Assembly (NCBI GenBank): GCA_030645735.1
Contig: JAUSNP010000006.1
Location: 4,095-68,094 of the forward strand
DNA length: 64,000 bases
Reading direction: 5' to 3'
Source: Candidatus Moraniibacteriota bacterium
GTDB lineage: Bacteria > Patescibacteriota > Minisyncoccia > Moranbacterales > UBA2206
The translations under genes and the position numbers were made by a program. Of this stretch, positions 1-9,752 are shown piece after piece (the stretch's first letter is position 1; each line of letters starts with the position of its first letter). The notes under the pieces are model-generated. The model saw nothing but the letters and a program-made list of their open reading frames with translations. It did not search any database and was not told the origin of the DNA.

Positions 1-621
1 ACCATTCGCAATGACATGAACAAGCTGGAAGAAGATGGATTTTTGCATCAGCCACACATTAGTGCTGGGCGAATCCCAACCGACAAAGGATACAAATATT
101 TTGTCGAAGAAATCATGGGCGACACGGAACTTTCTCTGGCGGATCAAAAAAAATTGCAAGCTGAACTTTTGAAACTCAAAGCGCAAAATCAAAGACTCTC
201 CAGAACAACTGCCAAACTGCTTTCGGGACTCAGTGGCAACTTGGCTATCAGTACGATTGAAAAAGATTTTTCTGAATTCGGCATCAAAGAGCTGTTGGGC
301 AAGCCGGAATTTCAGGAAGTGGATGAATTTTGCAAAGTGGCGGAAGCACTGGATTATATTGACGAGAACATTGATTTCATTTTGAAGAATGTCAAAGACA
401 ATGAAACGAAAATTTTCATCGGCAAGGACAATCCGATCAAGGGCATCCCGAATTGTTCACTGGTGGTCTCACCCTACAAAACCAAATCTGGACAGAAAGG
501 CGTGTTGGCAATCATTGGACCAAAAAGAATGAAATATGCTGAGAACAAATCACTGCTCAATTATGTCCGCAAAATGTTGAGCACGAGTGTGCTGATAATT
601 ATGTTAGTAAATATTTTTTAA
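1..621 (+). CDS. hrcA: Heat-inducible transcription repressor HrcA (5'-partial)
   Basis: Frame open from base 1 ([31 protein letters not shown]); C-terminal [13 protein letters not shown]; lies upstream of grpE-dnaK. Confidence 0.95.
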   Translation, partial: TIRNDMNKLEEDGFLHQPHISAGRIPTDKGYKYFVEEIMGDTELSLADQKKLQAELLKLKAQNQRLSRTTAKLLSGLSGNLAISTIEKDFSEFGIKELLGKPEFQEVDEFCKVAEALDYIDENIDFILKNVKDNETKIFIGKDNPIKGIPNCSLVVSPYKTKSGQKGVLAIIGPKRMKYAENKSLLNYVRKMLSTSVLIIMLVNIF

Positions 622-625
622 AATT

Positions 626-1510
626 ATGACAAACAAAAAAGAAAAATATGATGAAGAAATGAAAGATGAAAAAAATGTTAAAACTTTTATTGTGGCGGGT
701 GTTCTATTGGAAAAAGATGGAAAATATTTATTAATTCAAGAAACTAAAAAGAAAGCATACGGTCTTTGGAATATTCCAGCCGGAAAGGTTGAAAAAGATT
801 CAACAATTGAAGAAACAGCAATAAGGGAAGCAAAGGAGGAATCTGGTTTTGATGTTGAATTGATTAGTAAGATAGGCTCTTTTAATGCTAGTGTTGATGG
901 TCCAGTGGGGAATATTTTTTTCGCAAAAATTGTAGGTGGTGAACAAATCGAAGAATCTGATCAAATATTAGCTTCAAAATGGTTTGCCTTAGATGAGATA
1001 AAGAAAATGAAAGATGAATTGCGCGGAGAATACATCATAGAGGCTATAGAATTATTAGAAAGTAAAAATAAGACAAGCGAATATTTGGAAGGTTGGAAGA
1101 GATGTCAGGCGGACTTTGAGAACTACAAGAAGCGTCAAGCGGAATCACAAAAAGATTTGATTCGCTATTCAACCCAAAATATTGTTTTGCAAATTCTGCC
1201 AGTGATCGACAATTTCCACGCTTCGACCGATCACATTCCGGATGACCAGAAAGAAAATGCATGGGTAACCGGCATCATGTACATTCAAAAACAACTCGAA
1301 CAAGTTTTGGTGGATAATGGGGTGACGGAAATTGAAGTGAAAATCGGCGACAACTTTGATCCAGCCAAACATGAAGCGATTGAAGACATGGAATGCAAAG
1401 GTTGCAAAACGAAAGATTACAAATTCCAAAACAAGATCAAGAAAATAGTGACGCGCGGATATCAGATGGGGGAGAAGGTAGTGAGAGCGTCGAGAGTGAT
1501 AGTAGAGTAG
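626..1510 (+). CDS. grpE: GrpE nucleotide exchange factor with an N-terminal NUDIX domain (fusion)
   Basis: NUDIX box GKVEKDSTIEETAIREAKEESG in the N-half; GrpE motifs RCQADFENYKKR, LPVIDNF, FDPAKHEA, GYQMGEKVVRASRV in the C-half. Confidence 0.92.
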   Translation: MTNKKEKYDEEMKDEKNVKTFIVAGVLLEKDGKYLLIQETKKKAYGLWNIPAGKVEKDSTIEETAIREAKEESGFDVELISKIGSFNASVDGPVGNIFFAKIVGGEQIEESDQILASKWFALDEIKKMKDELRGEYIIEAIELLESKNKTSEYLEGWKRCQADFENYKKRQAESQKDLIRYSTQNIVLQILPVIDNFHASTDHIPDDQKENAWVTGIMYIQKQLEQVLVDNGVTEIEVKIGDNFDPAKHEAIEDMECKGCKTKDYKFQNKIKKIVTRGYQMGEKVVRASRVIVE

Positions 1511-1571
1511 AAAATTTCTAATTAAGAATTTCTAATTTCGAATCAATAACTAATGACATAATGTCTAATTT
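1509..1571. repeat. Degenerate short-period AT-rich repeat (tttctaat/ctaat units) in the grpE-dnaK spacer
   Basis: aatttctaattaagaatttctaatttcgaat...ctaatgacataatgtctaattt. Confidence 0.45.
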
Positions 1572-1654
1572 AATAAGCAAAAAAGTAATAAATTAAATCA
1601 AAGTTTCTGGTGGGTGGGCGAAAAACCACAAACCAAAAACTACAAACTAAACAT

Positions 1655-3619
1655 ATGGGTAAAGTATTAGGAATCGACCTTGGAACTACCAACTCTGCGA
1701 TGTCAGTTGTGGAGGGTGGCAGTCCAGTCATCGTGGAAAACAAAGAAGGCGTGCGAACCACTCCTTCAATGATTGCGATGTCAAAAACCAATGAAAGATT
1801 GGTCGGGCTTTTGGCCAAGCGCCAAGCTGTGACCAATCCAGAAAACACATTGTTTTCCATCAAACGCTTGATCGGTCGTCATTTTGATGACGCTGAAGTG
1901 GCACGCGATATGAAAACTATGCCATACAAGATTGTGAAATCAGGTGAGGGCGTGAAAATTTTGATGGGTGACAAAGAATATACTCCGCAAGAAATTTCAG
2001 CCATGATTTTGTCAAAAATGAAAGCAGATGCGGAAGAAAAATTGGGACAATCAATCACTGAAGCGGTCATCACTGTGCCAGCCTATTTTGATGACTCACA
2101 AAGAAAAGCGACCATCGAAGCTGGTGAAATTGCCGGACTCAAAGTTCTTCGCATCATCAATGAACCAACAGCCGCAGCGCTGGCCTATGGTTTCAACAAA
2201 AAGAAAGATGAAAAAATTGCCGTCTATGACCTTGGAGGTGGAACTTTCGATATTTCAATTTTGGAAGTTTCTGAAGACACAGTGGAGGTGAAATCAACCA
2301 ATGGTGACACTCACCTTGGAGGCGATGACTTCGACCAAGTGTTGATTCACTGGATCATTGATGAATTCAAAAAACAAGAAGGCGTGGATTTGTCCAAAGA
2401 TCCTTTGGCCTTGCAAAGAATCAAAGAGTCAGCTGAAAAAGCCAAGATTGAACTTTCAACTGCGGTGGAAACTGAAATCAATCAACCTTTCATCACAGCG
2501 GATGCCAATGGTCCAAAACATCTTGTGATGAAATTGACCAGAGCTAAACTAGAAGAATTGGTAGGTGACTTGGTACAAAAAACTTTGGAGCCAACCAAGA
2601 AAGCATTGGCGGATGCGAAACTTTCAGTGTCTGACATCAATGAAGTGATTCTAGTTGGAGGTATGACTCGTATGCCATTGGTTTTGCAAACTGTTGAAAA
2701 ATTCTTTGGCAAGAAACCAAACATTTCTGTGAACCCTGATGAAGTTGTGGCACTGGGTGCTGCGATTCAAGGTGGAGTTTTGCAAGGGGATGTGAAGGAT
2801 GTGTTGCTATTAGACGTGACTCCTTTGACACTTGGAATTGAAACAATGGGTGGTATTCGAACTCCTTTGATTGATCGAAACACCACCATCCCAGCTGCCA
2901 AATCACAAACCTTCTCAACTGCCGCTGACAATCAACCATCTGTTGAAATTCATGTTTTGCAAGGTGAACGAGAAATGGCCACTGACAACAAAACTCTTGG
3001 CCGATTCATTCTAGATGGAATTCCACCATCTCCAAGAGGCATCCCGCAAATTGAAGTGACTTTTGACATCAATGCCAATGGAGTTCTTTCAGTGAAAGCC
3101 AAAGACAAAGCCACTGGCAAAGAACAATCCATTCGCATCGAAGCATCCACTGGTCTTTCCAAAGATGAAATTGAAAAGATGAAGAAAGATGCCGAGGCGC
3201 ATGCGGAAGAAGACAAGAAAAAGAAAGAAAATGTTGAAGCCAAAAATATGGCAGACACCTTGGTCTTCACCACTGAAAAAGCTTTGAAAGACGCAGGCGA
3301 CAAAATTTCTGAAGACAAAAAGAAACCAGTCCAAGAAAAAGTTGAAGCCTTGAAAAAAGTCAAAGATGGCGACGACATCGAAGCGATCAAAAAAGCCACC
3401 GAAGAACTATCTCAAGAGGCGCAAAAAATCGGTGAAGAGTTGTATAAAGCAGCTCAACCCGCCAATAATCCTACGGATAATCAGGCGGGCGGGCCCGAAC
3501 AACCAGCCGCAGGTGCCGAGGCGCCAAAAGAAGGTGAAGCTCCGAAAGAAGCTGAAACTGAAAAAGCAGACGACAGCCAGTCCGAAGCTTCAGCGAAGGA
3601 TGGAGAGAAAAAAGAATAA
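1655..3619 (+). CDS. dnaK: Chaperone DnaK (Hsp70)
   Basis: [35 protein letters not shown] motifs; ATG at 1655 preferred over the ORF-track start at 1610. Confidence 0.99.
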   Translation: MGKVLGIDLGTTNSAMSVVEGGSPVIVENKEGVRTTPSMIAMSKTNERLVGLLAKRQAVTNPENTLFSIKRLIGRHFDDAEVARDMKTMPYKIVKSGEGVKILMGDKEYTPQEISAMILSKMKADAEEKLGQSITEAVITVPAYFDDSQRKATIEAGEIAGLKVLRIINEPTAAALAYGFNKKKDEKIAVYDLGGGTFDISILEVSEDTVEVKSTNGDTHLGGDDFDQVLIHWIIDEFKKQEGVDLSKDPLALQRIKESAEKAKIELSTAVETEINQPFITADANGPKHLVMKLTRAKLEELVGDLVQKTLEPTKKALADAKLSVSDINEVILVGGMTRMPLVLQTVEKFFGKKPNISVNPDEVVALGAAIQGGVLQGDVKDVLLLDVTPLTLGIETMGGIRTPLIDRNTTIPAAKSQTFSTAADNQPSVEIHVLQGEREMATDNKTLGRFILDGIPPSPRGIPQIEVTFDINANGVLSVKAKDKATGKEQSIRIEASTGLSKDEIEKMKKDAEAHAEEDKKKKENVEAKNMADTLVFTTEKALKDAGDKISEDKKKPVQEKVEALKKVKDGDDIEAIKKATEELSQEAQKIGEELYKAAQPANNPTDNQAGGPEQPAAGAEAPKEGEAPKEAETEKADDSQSEASAKDGEKKE

Positions 3620-3628
3620 CAAACTTTA

Positions 3629-3658
3629 AAAAGAGCGAGGCGTTTGCCTCGCTCTTTT
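3629..3658 (+). terminator. Intrinsic terminator after dnaK
   Basis: aaaagagcgaggc-gttt-gcctcgctctttt hairpin. Confidence 0.85.
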
Positions 3659-3673
3659 GATAAAATAAAACTT

Positions 3674-4333
3674 ATGAATAAATTTTCAAAATATAATGAT
3701 ATCGAAGCAGTAATTTTAAAAGCTGATAATGATTTAGTTGATATTGAAAATAGATATCAAAAATCTCTCACTGAAGAAAATATACCAGCTGAGTTGCTTG
3801 TCGATATTAAGGATTATCTTGGCAACTTGAAGTCAGCACTTGATTATTGGGCAAATAAATATAATCTTAAATATTTTCCAGTGTGTGATAATGACAAAGA
3901 TTTTGCAAATAAGACAACAACAATTGATTTTAAAATAAAAAATATCTTATCTGCATATCAGCCATATAATAACAATGCTTGGATTAAATGGTTTAACATA
4001 TTAAACAATAAAAGTAAGCACCTAACCTTGGTTCCGCAAAAAAGAAAAGAGTCTGTGGAAACAAAGGTTTCTAATGGTAGTGGTGGCGTTAGCTGGAATA
4101 GTGGTGTTAGATTTGGATCGGGAGTGCGTATTATGGGTGTTCCGATTGATCCAATCACACAATTACCAGTCAGTAATAATTTAGTTAAGACAGAGCGAAC
4201 TATTTGGGTAAATTTTATTTTTGATAATACAGTTTCACCTCTACTGCCAGATAATATCTCCGTACTACCATTTTTGAAAGAGTGCAACATTAAAATTAAG
4301 GAAATAATTAATAATTTAGAAAAAGTTAATTGA
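3674..4333 (+). CDS. Hypothetical protein (AT-rich, probably acquired)
   Basis: Long ORF; ATG at 3674 lies after the terminator; no motif I can confidently assign. Confidence 0.7.
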   Translation: MNKFSKYNDIEAVILKADNDLVDIENRYQKSLTEENIPAELLVDIKDYLGNLKSALDYWANKYNLKYFPVCDNDKDFANKTTTIDFKIKNILSAYQPYNNNAWIKWFNILNNKSKHLTLVPQKRKESVETKVSNGSGGVSWNSGVRFGSGVRIMGVPIDPITQLPVSNNLVKTERTIWVNFIFDNTVSPLLPDNISVLPFLKECNIKIKEIINNLEKVN

Positions 4334-4354
4334 TTTTTTCTAAAATTAAAAAAT

Positions 4355-5023
4355 ATGGAAAATAGATTTAATTGTCCGCATTGTAAGACTAAGATGGTGA
4401 CTTATAAAGAAGAATCTTGTGAAATCCATGATTGGTCAGTAAAAAAAGAAGACGATACATCCGATCATTTTAGAGTATCTCACTTTTTATTGCGGTGCAA
4501 TGGTTGCGATGATATTACATATATCAAAAGGGTTAGTAGCACGATTATGCATTATCAGTCTCGTCCAACCGAGAATGAGCTAATTTCACTTATGCAGTAT
4601 CCAGCAGAGCGTGATTTCTTACCGGAGTACATCAATGGAAATATTAGAAAATTCTATTTAGAGGCAGTTGAAGCGTATAACTTTGGGTTATTAAATTCTG
4701 CATCAGCTATGTGTCGAAGGACTATATACGAAATTTGCGATAAGAAAAAAGTCGCCGGTAAAGATTATGGTGAAAAAATAAAAAATCTAGGACTGGATAA
4801 AAGGATTACAGATCCGCTTCTTAATATTAAAAATATAGGTGATGATAGTTTACATGCAACTGGATGGAATGCAGATACGGTAAAAAAAGCTATCGATGCT
4901 CTAGGTTTAATAATCGACTTGATGTATGTAGCAGAAGAAAAAATAAAAGATTTTTCCAAACATTATACAAAAGAAAATAAAGCAAGAAAAATAGAACAGG
5001 AAGTGAAAGATAAATCCGAATAA
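4355..5023 (+). CDS. DUF4145-like (HEPN-type) protein with an N-terminal Zn ribbon
   Basis: CPHC...CNGC; YLEAVEA...ASAMCRRTIYEIC...KNIGDDSLH pattern. Confidence 0.75.
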   Translation: MENRFNCPHCKTKMVTYKEESCEIHDWSVKKEDDTSDHFRVSHFLLRCNGCDDITYIKRVSSTIMHYQSRPTENELISLMQYPAERDFLPEYINGNIRKFYLEAVEAYNFGLLNSASAMCRRTIYEICDKKKVAGKDYGEKIKNLGLDKRITDPLLNIKNIGDDSLHATGWNADTVKKAIDALGLIIDLMYVAEEKIKDFSKHYTKENKARKIEQEVKDKSE

Positions 5024-5037
5024 TTTTTAGACATCAC

Positions 5038-5346
5038 ATGAAATTCATCATCATCTACATCACCCACAAAAACATGAGAGAAGCGAAGAAGGTCGCTTCT
5101 CATTTGCTGGGCAAAAGATTGATTGCTTGCGTGAACTATTTTCCAATTCAGAGTTCCTATTGGTGGAAAGGAAAAATTGAGAGCAACAAGGAAATCGTGA
5201 CTCTGGTGAAAACCAAAAAAGCAAACTGGAAAAAAGTTCAAAACGAAGTCAAAAAAATCCACCCCTACGAAACGCCCTGCATAATGAAACTCGAAGTCGA
5301 AGCCGATGTCGATTATGCCGAGTGGATAAACAAAGAAACTAAATAA
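5038..5346 (+). CDS. cutA: Divalent-cation tolerance protein CutA
   Basis: LIACVN, SSYWWKGKIE, HPYETPCI motifs. Confidence 0.95.
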   Translation: MKFIIIYITHKNMREAKKVASHLLGKRLIACVNYFPIQSSYWWKGKIESNKEIVTLVKTKKANWKKVQNEVKKIHPYETPCIMKLEVEADVDYAEWINKETK

Positions 5347-5358
5347 ATTTATATACCC

Positions 5359-5386
5359 TAAAAAGCCTTGTATGAAGGGCTTTTTT
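5359..5386 (+). terminator. Intrinsic terminator after cutA
   Basis: aaaaagccttg-tatg-aagggcttttt hairpin plus T run. Confidence 0.7.
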
Positions 5387-5395
5387 GTCATGGTC

Positions 5396-5424
5396 TTGAC
5401 TTTTTGGCTAAAGTATGCTATTAT
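5396..5424 (+). promoter_or_regulatory. Sigma70-like promoter
   Basis: TTGACT...TGcTATTAT. Confidence 0.6.
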
Positions 5425-5528
5425 CAATAGAATTCCTAAAACCCGTATGGGATTAGGTCATCCGAAAGGATAAGAGTGCTATCTTCCCACACTATCTTGG
5501 GAAGGCTTATTACATGAGGAGGTGCTGT

Positions 5529-5825
5529 ATGGCGCCGAAAAAAAGAGAAGAAGTTTCAGCTGGTCCTGGTATATCGGACATTATGATGTCCCTTCACAGG
5601 AACGAGAGGGATCGCGTTCTGGTCGACTTCTATCTCGAAAATACCGATCAGATTTCACAGGCCTTGATTGATGGTATAAGATACATCGATCGATCGGCAA
5701 AGTTTGTTGAACTGAGTGGAAACCTGGTCTATATTCATGAAGATAGGAATGAATATCGCCCCCGTGTCCACTTTCGCATGCTGTATTCACTGCAGGGGCG
5801 AAAAGGCACAATAATTTACGATTAG
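5529..5825 (+). CDS. Hypothetical protein
   Basis: Strong SD (gaggagg) before ATG 5529; own promoter and a downstream hairpin at 5851-5885. Confidence 0.65.
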   Translation: MAPKKREEVSAGPGISDIMMSLHRNERDRVLVDFYLENTDQISQALIDGIRYIDRSAKFVELSGNLVYIHEDRNEYRPRVHFRMLYSLQGRKGTIIYD

Positions 5826-5896
5826 GGCGCTAGCAGGAAAGTAGAAATTGGCGGGACACCGGAACATCGGATCCCGCTTTTGTTTTGTAAAATTAT

Positions 5897-5960
5897 TCAG
5901 CAAGAACAACCCTCACCCGCTGGCAATCATCTGCGCAACAAATTTCATGCGCGCTTCAGT
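5897..5960 (+). repeat. Dispersed direct repeat, copy 1 (short form)
   Basis: cagcaagaacaaccctcacccgctggcaatcatctgcgcaacaaatttcatgcgcgcttcagt, matching the copies at 7886 and 8683. Confidence 0.9.
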
Positions 5961-6025
5961 ATGTTAGGCTCTGTAACGAAATAAGTTCATATAACCACAT
6001 ATAGACACAAGATAAATTAAAACAT

Positions 6026-6349
6026 ATGTCTGAAAAAATAATTCAATTATTTCCTAATGCACAGAAGAAGGATCCGGTGTCGACAAATTCGGAAAAGCTT
6101 GAAGGAAAAATTCAAGTTGAAGAAAGAAATGCAATCATTTTGCTGACACCAGAAAGATTCAATTTTATGTTGGCAGTAAAAAGAAGTAATCCATTTAGCA
6201 TAAATTCTGATACATGCAGAAACGCCGTGGAGAATCTTAAGGGCACATCAAAGGTTGAAATAGCTGAAATGATAAATCTGGCTACCGAATTGGAAATTAA
6301 AAGAAAACCAACCTACTTTACAACGGCATTTAATATGCTTTTGGAATAG
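6026..6349 (+). CDS. Hypothetical protein
   Basis: 107-aa ORF lying exactly between repeat copies 1 and 2. Confidence 0.65.
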   Translation: MSEKIIQLFPNAQKKDPVSTNSEKLEGKIQVEERNAIILLTPERFNFMLAVKRSNPFSINSDTCRNAVENLKGTSKVEIAEMINLATELEIKRKPTYFTTAFNMLLE

Positions 6350-6361
6350 TTATCTAATTAA

Positions 6362-6410
6362 GGACAACCCTCAACTGCCGGCAATCAGCTGTGCAACAAA
6401 CAAATCTGCG
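6362..6410 (+). repeat. Dispersed direct repeat, copy 2 (diverged)
   Basis: ggacaaccctcaactgccggcaatcagctgtgcaacaaa. Confidence 0.75.
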
Positions 6411-6501
6411 TAGGCGGGTTTTTTAATAAATAAAAAAAGGTCACTGGCGGATGCCAAGTGACCTTGATGCTACTTTATACAGGTTTTTGTGGTGGTGTCG
6501 A

Positions 6502-7023
6502 CTATTTTTCCGACACTTTTACCACGGTGATTCCTCCGCCGAAAATCTTTTCCAGCGCGTTTGTGATGACAGACAGTGGAAGACCTTGTTTCTCCTTGGG
6601 AGCACAAAGAATGATTTGATTGTTTGCCCGAACTCTCCAGTTAGTGTAGTCGGATATTTCCTGTTCGCCGAAACGGGCTTGGACGGTGTCCCACATGATT
6701 TCATGCGCCGCATTTGCGCGAGTCGCATAAAGATTGTATTTTGCCAGGATGTCCGCAGGCACATCTGCAGGCCCCTGGTAAGCGGCCTGCATATCACCCA
6801 GGAGATCTTCCGCTTTGCGCAGGTAACGGCGATAGATAAAGTGGATTGCCTTTTCAAGTCCATTCATTACCCCGAGGGGTTTGTCGCCAGGTTCCACAAC
6901 GCTTGGCTCGTCAATTGATGAGTCATTCGCCATGGCAACAAAGATTTCCGCCAGCAACGAGCCTTTTGCAGCTACAATTGCCCGAGCTTGTTTTAATAGG
7001 TTGATGTCGTTGAGACTCTTCAT
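6502..7023 (-). CDS. Hypothetical protein, paralog of 7237..7797
   Basis: Shares LGxMxxxEKA and RAxxAxxxMWxxxxxR motifs with the divergent neighbour; SD gagggg. Confidence 0.75.
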   Translation of the reverse strand: MKSLNDINLLKQARAIVAAKGSLLAEIFVAMANDSSIDEPSVVEPGDKPLGVMNGLEKAIHFIYRRYLRKAEDLLGDMQAAYQGPADVPADILAKYNLYATRANAAHEIMWDTVQARFGEQEISDYTNWRVRANNQIILCAPKEKQGLPLSVITNALEKIFGGGITVVKVSEK

Positions 7024-7236
7024 TGTCTACCCCTCTCAAATTGTATAGGTGCTTTTTAATTACATTATCAGGCCCAGTGCCCAATACATGATTTAAGCAT
7101 ATTTTAGAAAATTAGTCAAAGTAAGGATTTTTTGCACTTGACTTTTTCAATGATATGTGTATAATATAGAATCTGGCGCAGGAAGTGTCAGAGGGGTAGT
7201 ATTTTTTACAATCAACTTTTAGGAGGGAACAGAAGG

Positions 7237-7797
7237 ATGAAGAAAAATGATAAACCTTCGGCAATGGAGTTAGAGCTCGACGGAACTTTGGTCGGGAGCA
7301 TCCTGGCCTGCATGGCATCCGGCAAGTTTTCGGACTATGCCAAAGGCAAGAAGCTCGAAGATGGGCAGATGGTCTTGGGCGAAATGACTTCTTTTGAGAA
7401 AGCCTGCCTGACTGTAGCCGATGAAGCCAAAAGTAAGCACAATGGTCTCGTCAACGGCGGCATTCCGTCCCAGGATAAAAACATGATTCTGGAAGTCGGC
7501 TTTCTGTCTAAGAGGGCTGATCAGGCGATGGGTCTGATGTGGTCGTCAATAGAGGAGCGGCTGAATTCGGGAGATTTCCGTGGCGTTGGGTTAGCGGAGG
7601 GATTTCAAATCTTTGGCCTCAGTAAATCGGCATCCGGATGCGATGAATGTCCGATCAGCGATGGTTGCCCCAACGCTGGCGAATGTGATGGCGAACCCAA
7701 TATCATCCGGGTCAGAGCTGGCTCCATGGAAGGTGCTATGCTCGGCATTTTGCTGGCTGGACTTCCCGGTATGTCGCCAGGCTTTCCTCGCGGCTGA
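7237..7797 (+). CDS. Hypothetical protein with a Cys-rich (CDECPISDGC..C) segment, paralog of 6502..7023
   Basis: SD aggagg; promoter TTGACT...TATAAT at about 7138-7165; shared motifs. Confidence 0.75.
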   Translation: MKKNDKPSAMELELDGTLVGSILACMASGKFSDYAKGKKLEDGQMVLGEMTSFEKACLTVADEAKSKHNGLVNGGIPSQDKNMILEVGFLSKRADQAMGLMWSSIEERLNSGDFRGVGLAEGFQIFGLSKSASGCDECPISDGCPNAGECDGEPNIIRVRAGSMEGAMLGILLAGLPGMSPGFPRG

Positions 7798-7885
7798 TGT
7801 GAATGTGCCCCATCAAAATGGGTTATGGGGGTTGCTCGATGAGCGACCTCCATTTTTTTTATGCTAAAATAGATTCGCTTAGTAA

Positions 7886-8012
7886 TGACAATCCTCACCT
7901 GCTAGCAATCACCTGCGCAACAAATTTCATGCGCGCTTCAGTTTTGAAAACAGAAAAACATTCTCATATTCTCAAGAATGTCAGAATGTCGATATGAAGT
8001 GTGCTAGAATAA
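7886..8012 (+). repeat. Dispersed direct repeat, copy 3 (long form with palindrome and extended -10)
   Basis: Near-identical to 8683-8813; contains the acattctcatattct-ca-agaatgtcagaatgt hairpin and TGcTAGAAT. Confidence 0.9.
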
Positions 8013-8025
8013 TAAGGGGTAAGTA

Positions 8026-8673
8026 ATGAATATGAAAAATATTAAATTTATTTGGTATGCACTAACATTTATTCCGATTATTTTATTAATTCTGGGATAT
8101 ATTTTTCCATCCCAATTTTTTGGGAGTCAGGAATCGATAAGGGATTTTGTCAATCAGTTTGGTATATTTTCTCCGGTTGCTTTTATTTTGATACAAATTA
8201 CGCAAGTTATTATTACTCCTTTTAGTCATTATGCCGTATCTATCGCAGGAGGATTTATTTTTGGAACATGGTACGGGTTTGTTTATAATTGGATTGGTAG
8301 AGTCGTTGGAACAGCAATAGCTTTTTATTTGGGGCGTTATCTAGGAAGAAGGATAATTAAACATGTAGTGAAAGAAGAAACTATTGAAAAATATGATTAT
8401 TACTTTGATAAAGGAAAATTATTATTATTCTTGGCATATTTCCTGCCGTTATTTCCAGATGACGAACTTTCTTATTTGGCAGGTTTCTCAGCTATGAGTC
8501 CAAAGGTATTCCTGCCTCTAATGGCAATTGGACATGTTAGTGGGAGTCTGTCCTTGGCATATTTAGGAAATGGAATCCAGTCAGCCAGGGACCCAATGTT
8601 TATTTTTCTTTCTTTGATAACTCTGATTGGTGGCATGCTGTTTGTTCGGCGATATAAAAAATTACATAAATAG
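8026..8673 (+). CDS. TVP38/TMEM64 (VTT, DedA superfamily) membrane protein
   Basis: IAGGFIFGTWYG, LPLFPDDELSYLAG motifs; hydrophobic. Confidence 0.9.
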   Translation: MNMKNIKFIWYALTFIPIILLILGYIFPSQFFGSQESIRDFVNQFGIFSPVAFILIQITQVIITPFSHYAVSIAGGFIFGTWYGFVYNWIGRVVGTAIAFYLGRYLGRRIIKHVVKEETIEKYDYYFDKGKLLLFLAYFLPLFPDDELSYLAGFSAMSPKVFLPLMAIGHVSGSLSLAYLGNGIQSARDPMFIFLSLITLIGGMLFVRRYKKLHK

Positions 8674-8682
8674 AAATGTTCG

Positions 8683-8813
8683 TAGCGAGAACAATCCTCA
8701 CCTGCTGGCAATCATCCACGCAACAAATTTCATGCGCGCTTCAGTTTTGAAAACAGAAAAAACATTCTCACATTCTCAAGAATGTCAGAATGTCGATGTG
8801 AAGTGTGCTAGAA
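8683..8813 (+). repeat. Dispersed direct repeat, copy 4 (long form)
   Basis: agcgagaacaatcctcacctgctggcaatc...gaagtgtgctagaata. Confidence 0.9.
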
Positions 8814-8851
8814 TAGCTAAGTAATTAATTCATGAATTAAATATGTAATTT

Positions 8852-9394
8852 ATGGACGAAGAACTCTTAGATATTGTTGATGAAAATAATGAGTTGACTG
8901 GCGAAAGCGTTTTGCGGAGCAAGGTTCACGCTGAGGGTCTTTGGCATCGAACGATTCATATCTCTGTTTTTCGAAAAAGAGAAAATCAGCTTGAATTTTT
9001 GGTTCATCTGCGATCAAAATTCAAAGATTTTCATGCCAATCAATGGGGCACAAGCGTTGGCGGACATATAAAATCTGGTGATAGTTTTGAAGAAGCTGTG
9101 AAAGCTGAATTGTGGGAAGAGATTGGGCTGAAAGTTGATTTTGCAAAACTTATCGGCGGTTATTGGCGCAAGAGAGACAAGAATCCTGATCGTGAATTTA
9201 CAAAAAATTATTGCTTTGAATTTGATGGCGATTTGGCAGATCTGACTTTCAATGATGGGGAAGTGCAAGAAGCAAAATGGATGAATGTGGCGGAGATTCA
9301 AAATTCTTTGCAGAAAAATCCAGAAATCTGGGCTGGCACCGGTGCTGGTCTTGTGGGCGTGTTGAATTTTTTGAAAGAAAATCATGAAATTTAA
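8852..9394 (+). CDS. NUDIX hydrolase (IDI type 1-like)
   Basis: LDIVDEN...HAEGLWHRTIH, SVGGHIKSGDSFEEAVKAELWEEIGL, DGEVQEAKW. Confidence 0.85.
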   Translation: MDEELLDIVDENNELTGESVLRSKVHAEGLWHRTIHISVFRKRENQLEFLVHLRSKFKDFHANQWGTSVGGHIKSGDSFEEAVKAELWEEIGLKVDFAKLIGGYWRKRDKNPDREFTKNYCFEFDGDLADLTFNDGEVQEAKWMNVAEIQNSLQKNPEIWAGTGAGLVGVLNFLKENHEI

Positions 9395-9677
9395 AAACGA
9401 CAATTTCAAAAGAAAAAGAGGCGGGTATAGTCGGCTGTTGGAAATTTCTTGCGAGAAATGTGGCGAGGTTCTTTGTCGCTATCAAAAAGATGGACCTGGC
9501 AATTTACGACGCATGTATCATGACAGAATTTCTGATCCCGCAGTTTCAATTTCCAAGAAAAGCTTGGAATGCTCGCAAGGTCATTTGTTGGGAGTTGAAA
9601 TAATCTACGCCAAAGAAAATCGTCCAGCCTTTCGTTTGATTGCGGATGCGGTGAAAAAGAAGATTATTAAAGTATAA
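9384..9677 (+). CDS. Small Zn-ribbon hypothetical protein
   Basis: CEKC...YQKDGPGNLRRMY; overlaps the NUDIX stop codon. Confidence 0.75.
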   Translation: MKFKNDNFKRKRGGYSRLLEISCEKCGEVLCRYQKDGPGNLRRMYHDRISDPAVSISKKSLECSQGHLLGVEIIYAKENRPAFRLIADAVKKKIIKV

Positions 9678-9752
9678 GTTTTTAAAATAAAAACGAGAGC
9701 CTGCGATGTTGTCGCGAGACTCCCTGTGTGGGTGTGGCGATTCAGTATGGTT

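Noticed and set aside
1044-3399. Antisense and alternate-frame ORFs within grpE/dnaK (likewise within dnaJ, mreB, mrdA, lysS and the island genes)
   Set aside because: Shadow ORFs of well-supported genes, with no motifs or independent signals.
5897-8813. CRISPR array or classical integron attC array
   Set aside because: Repeats are 50-130 bp, degenerate and separated by whole genes; no cas genes, no tyrosine integrase and no RYYYAAC/GTTRRRY attC ends seen.
7803-8824. ORFs 7803..7997 and 8627..8824 sharing NPHLLAI..ATNFMRASV
   Set aside because: They are translations of the DNA repeat, lack good starts and overlap real genes or terminators.
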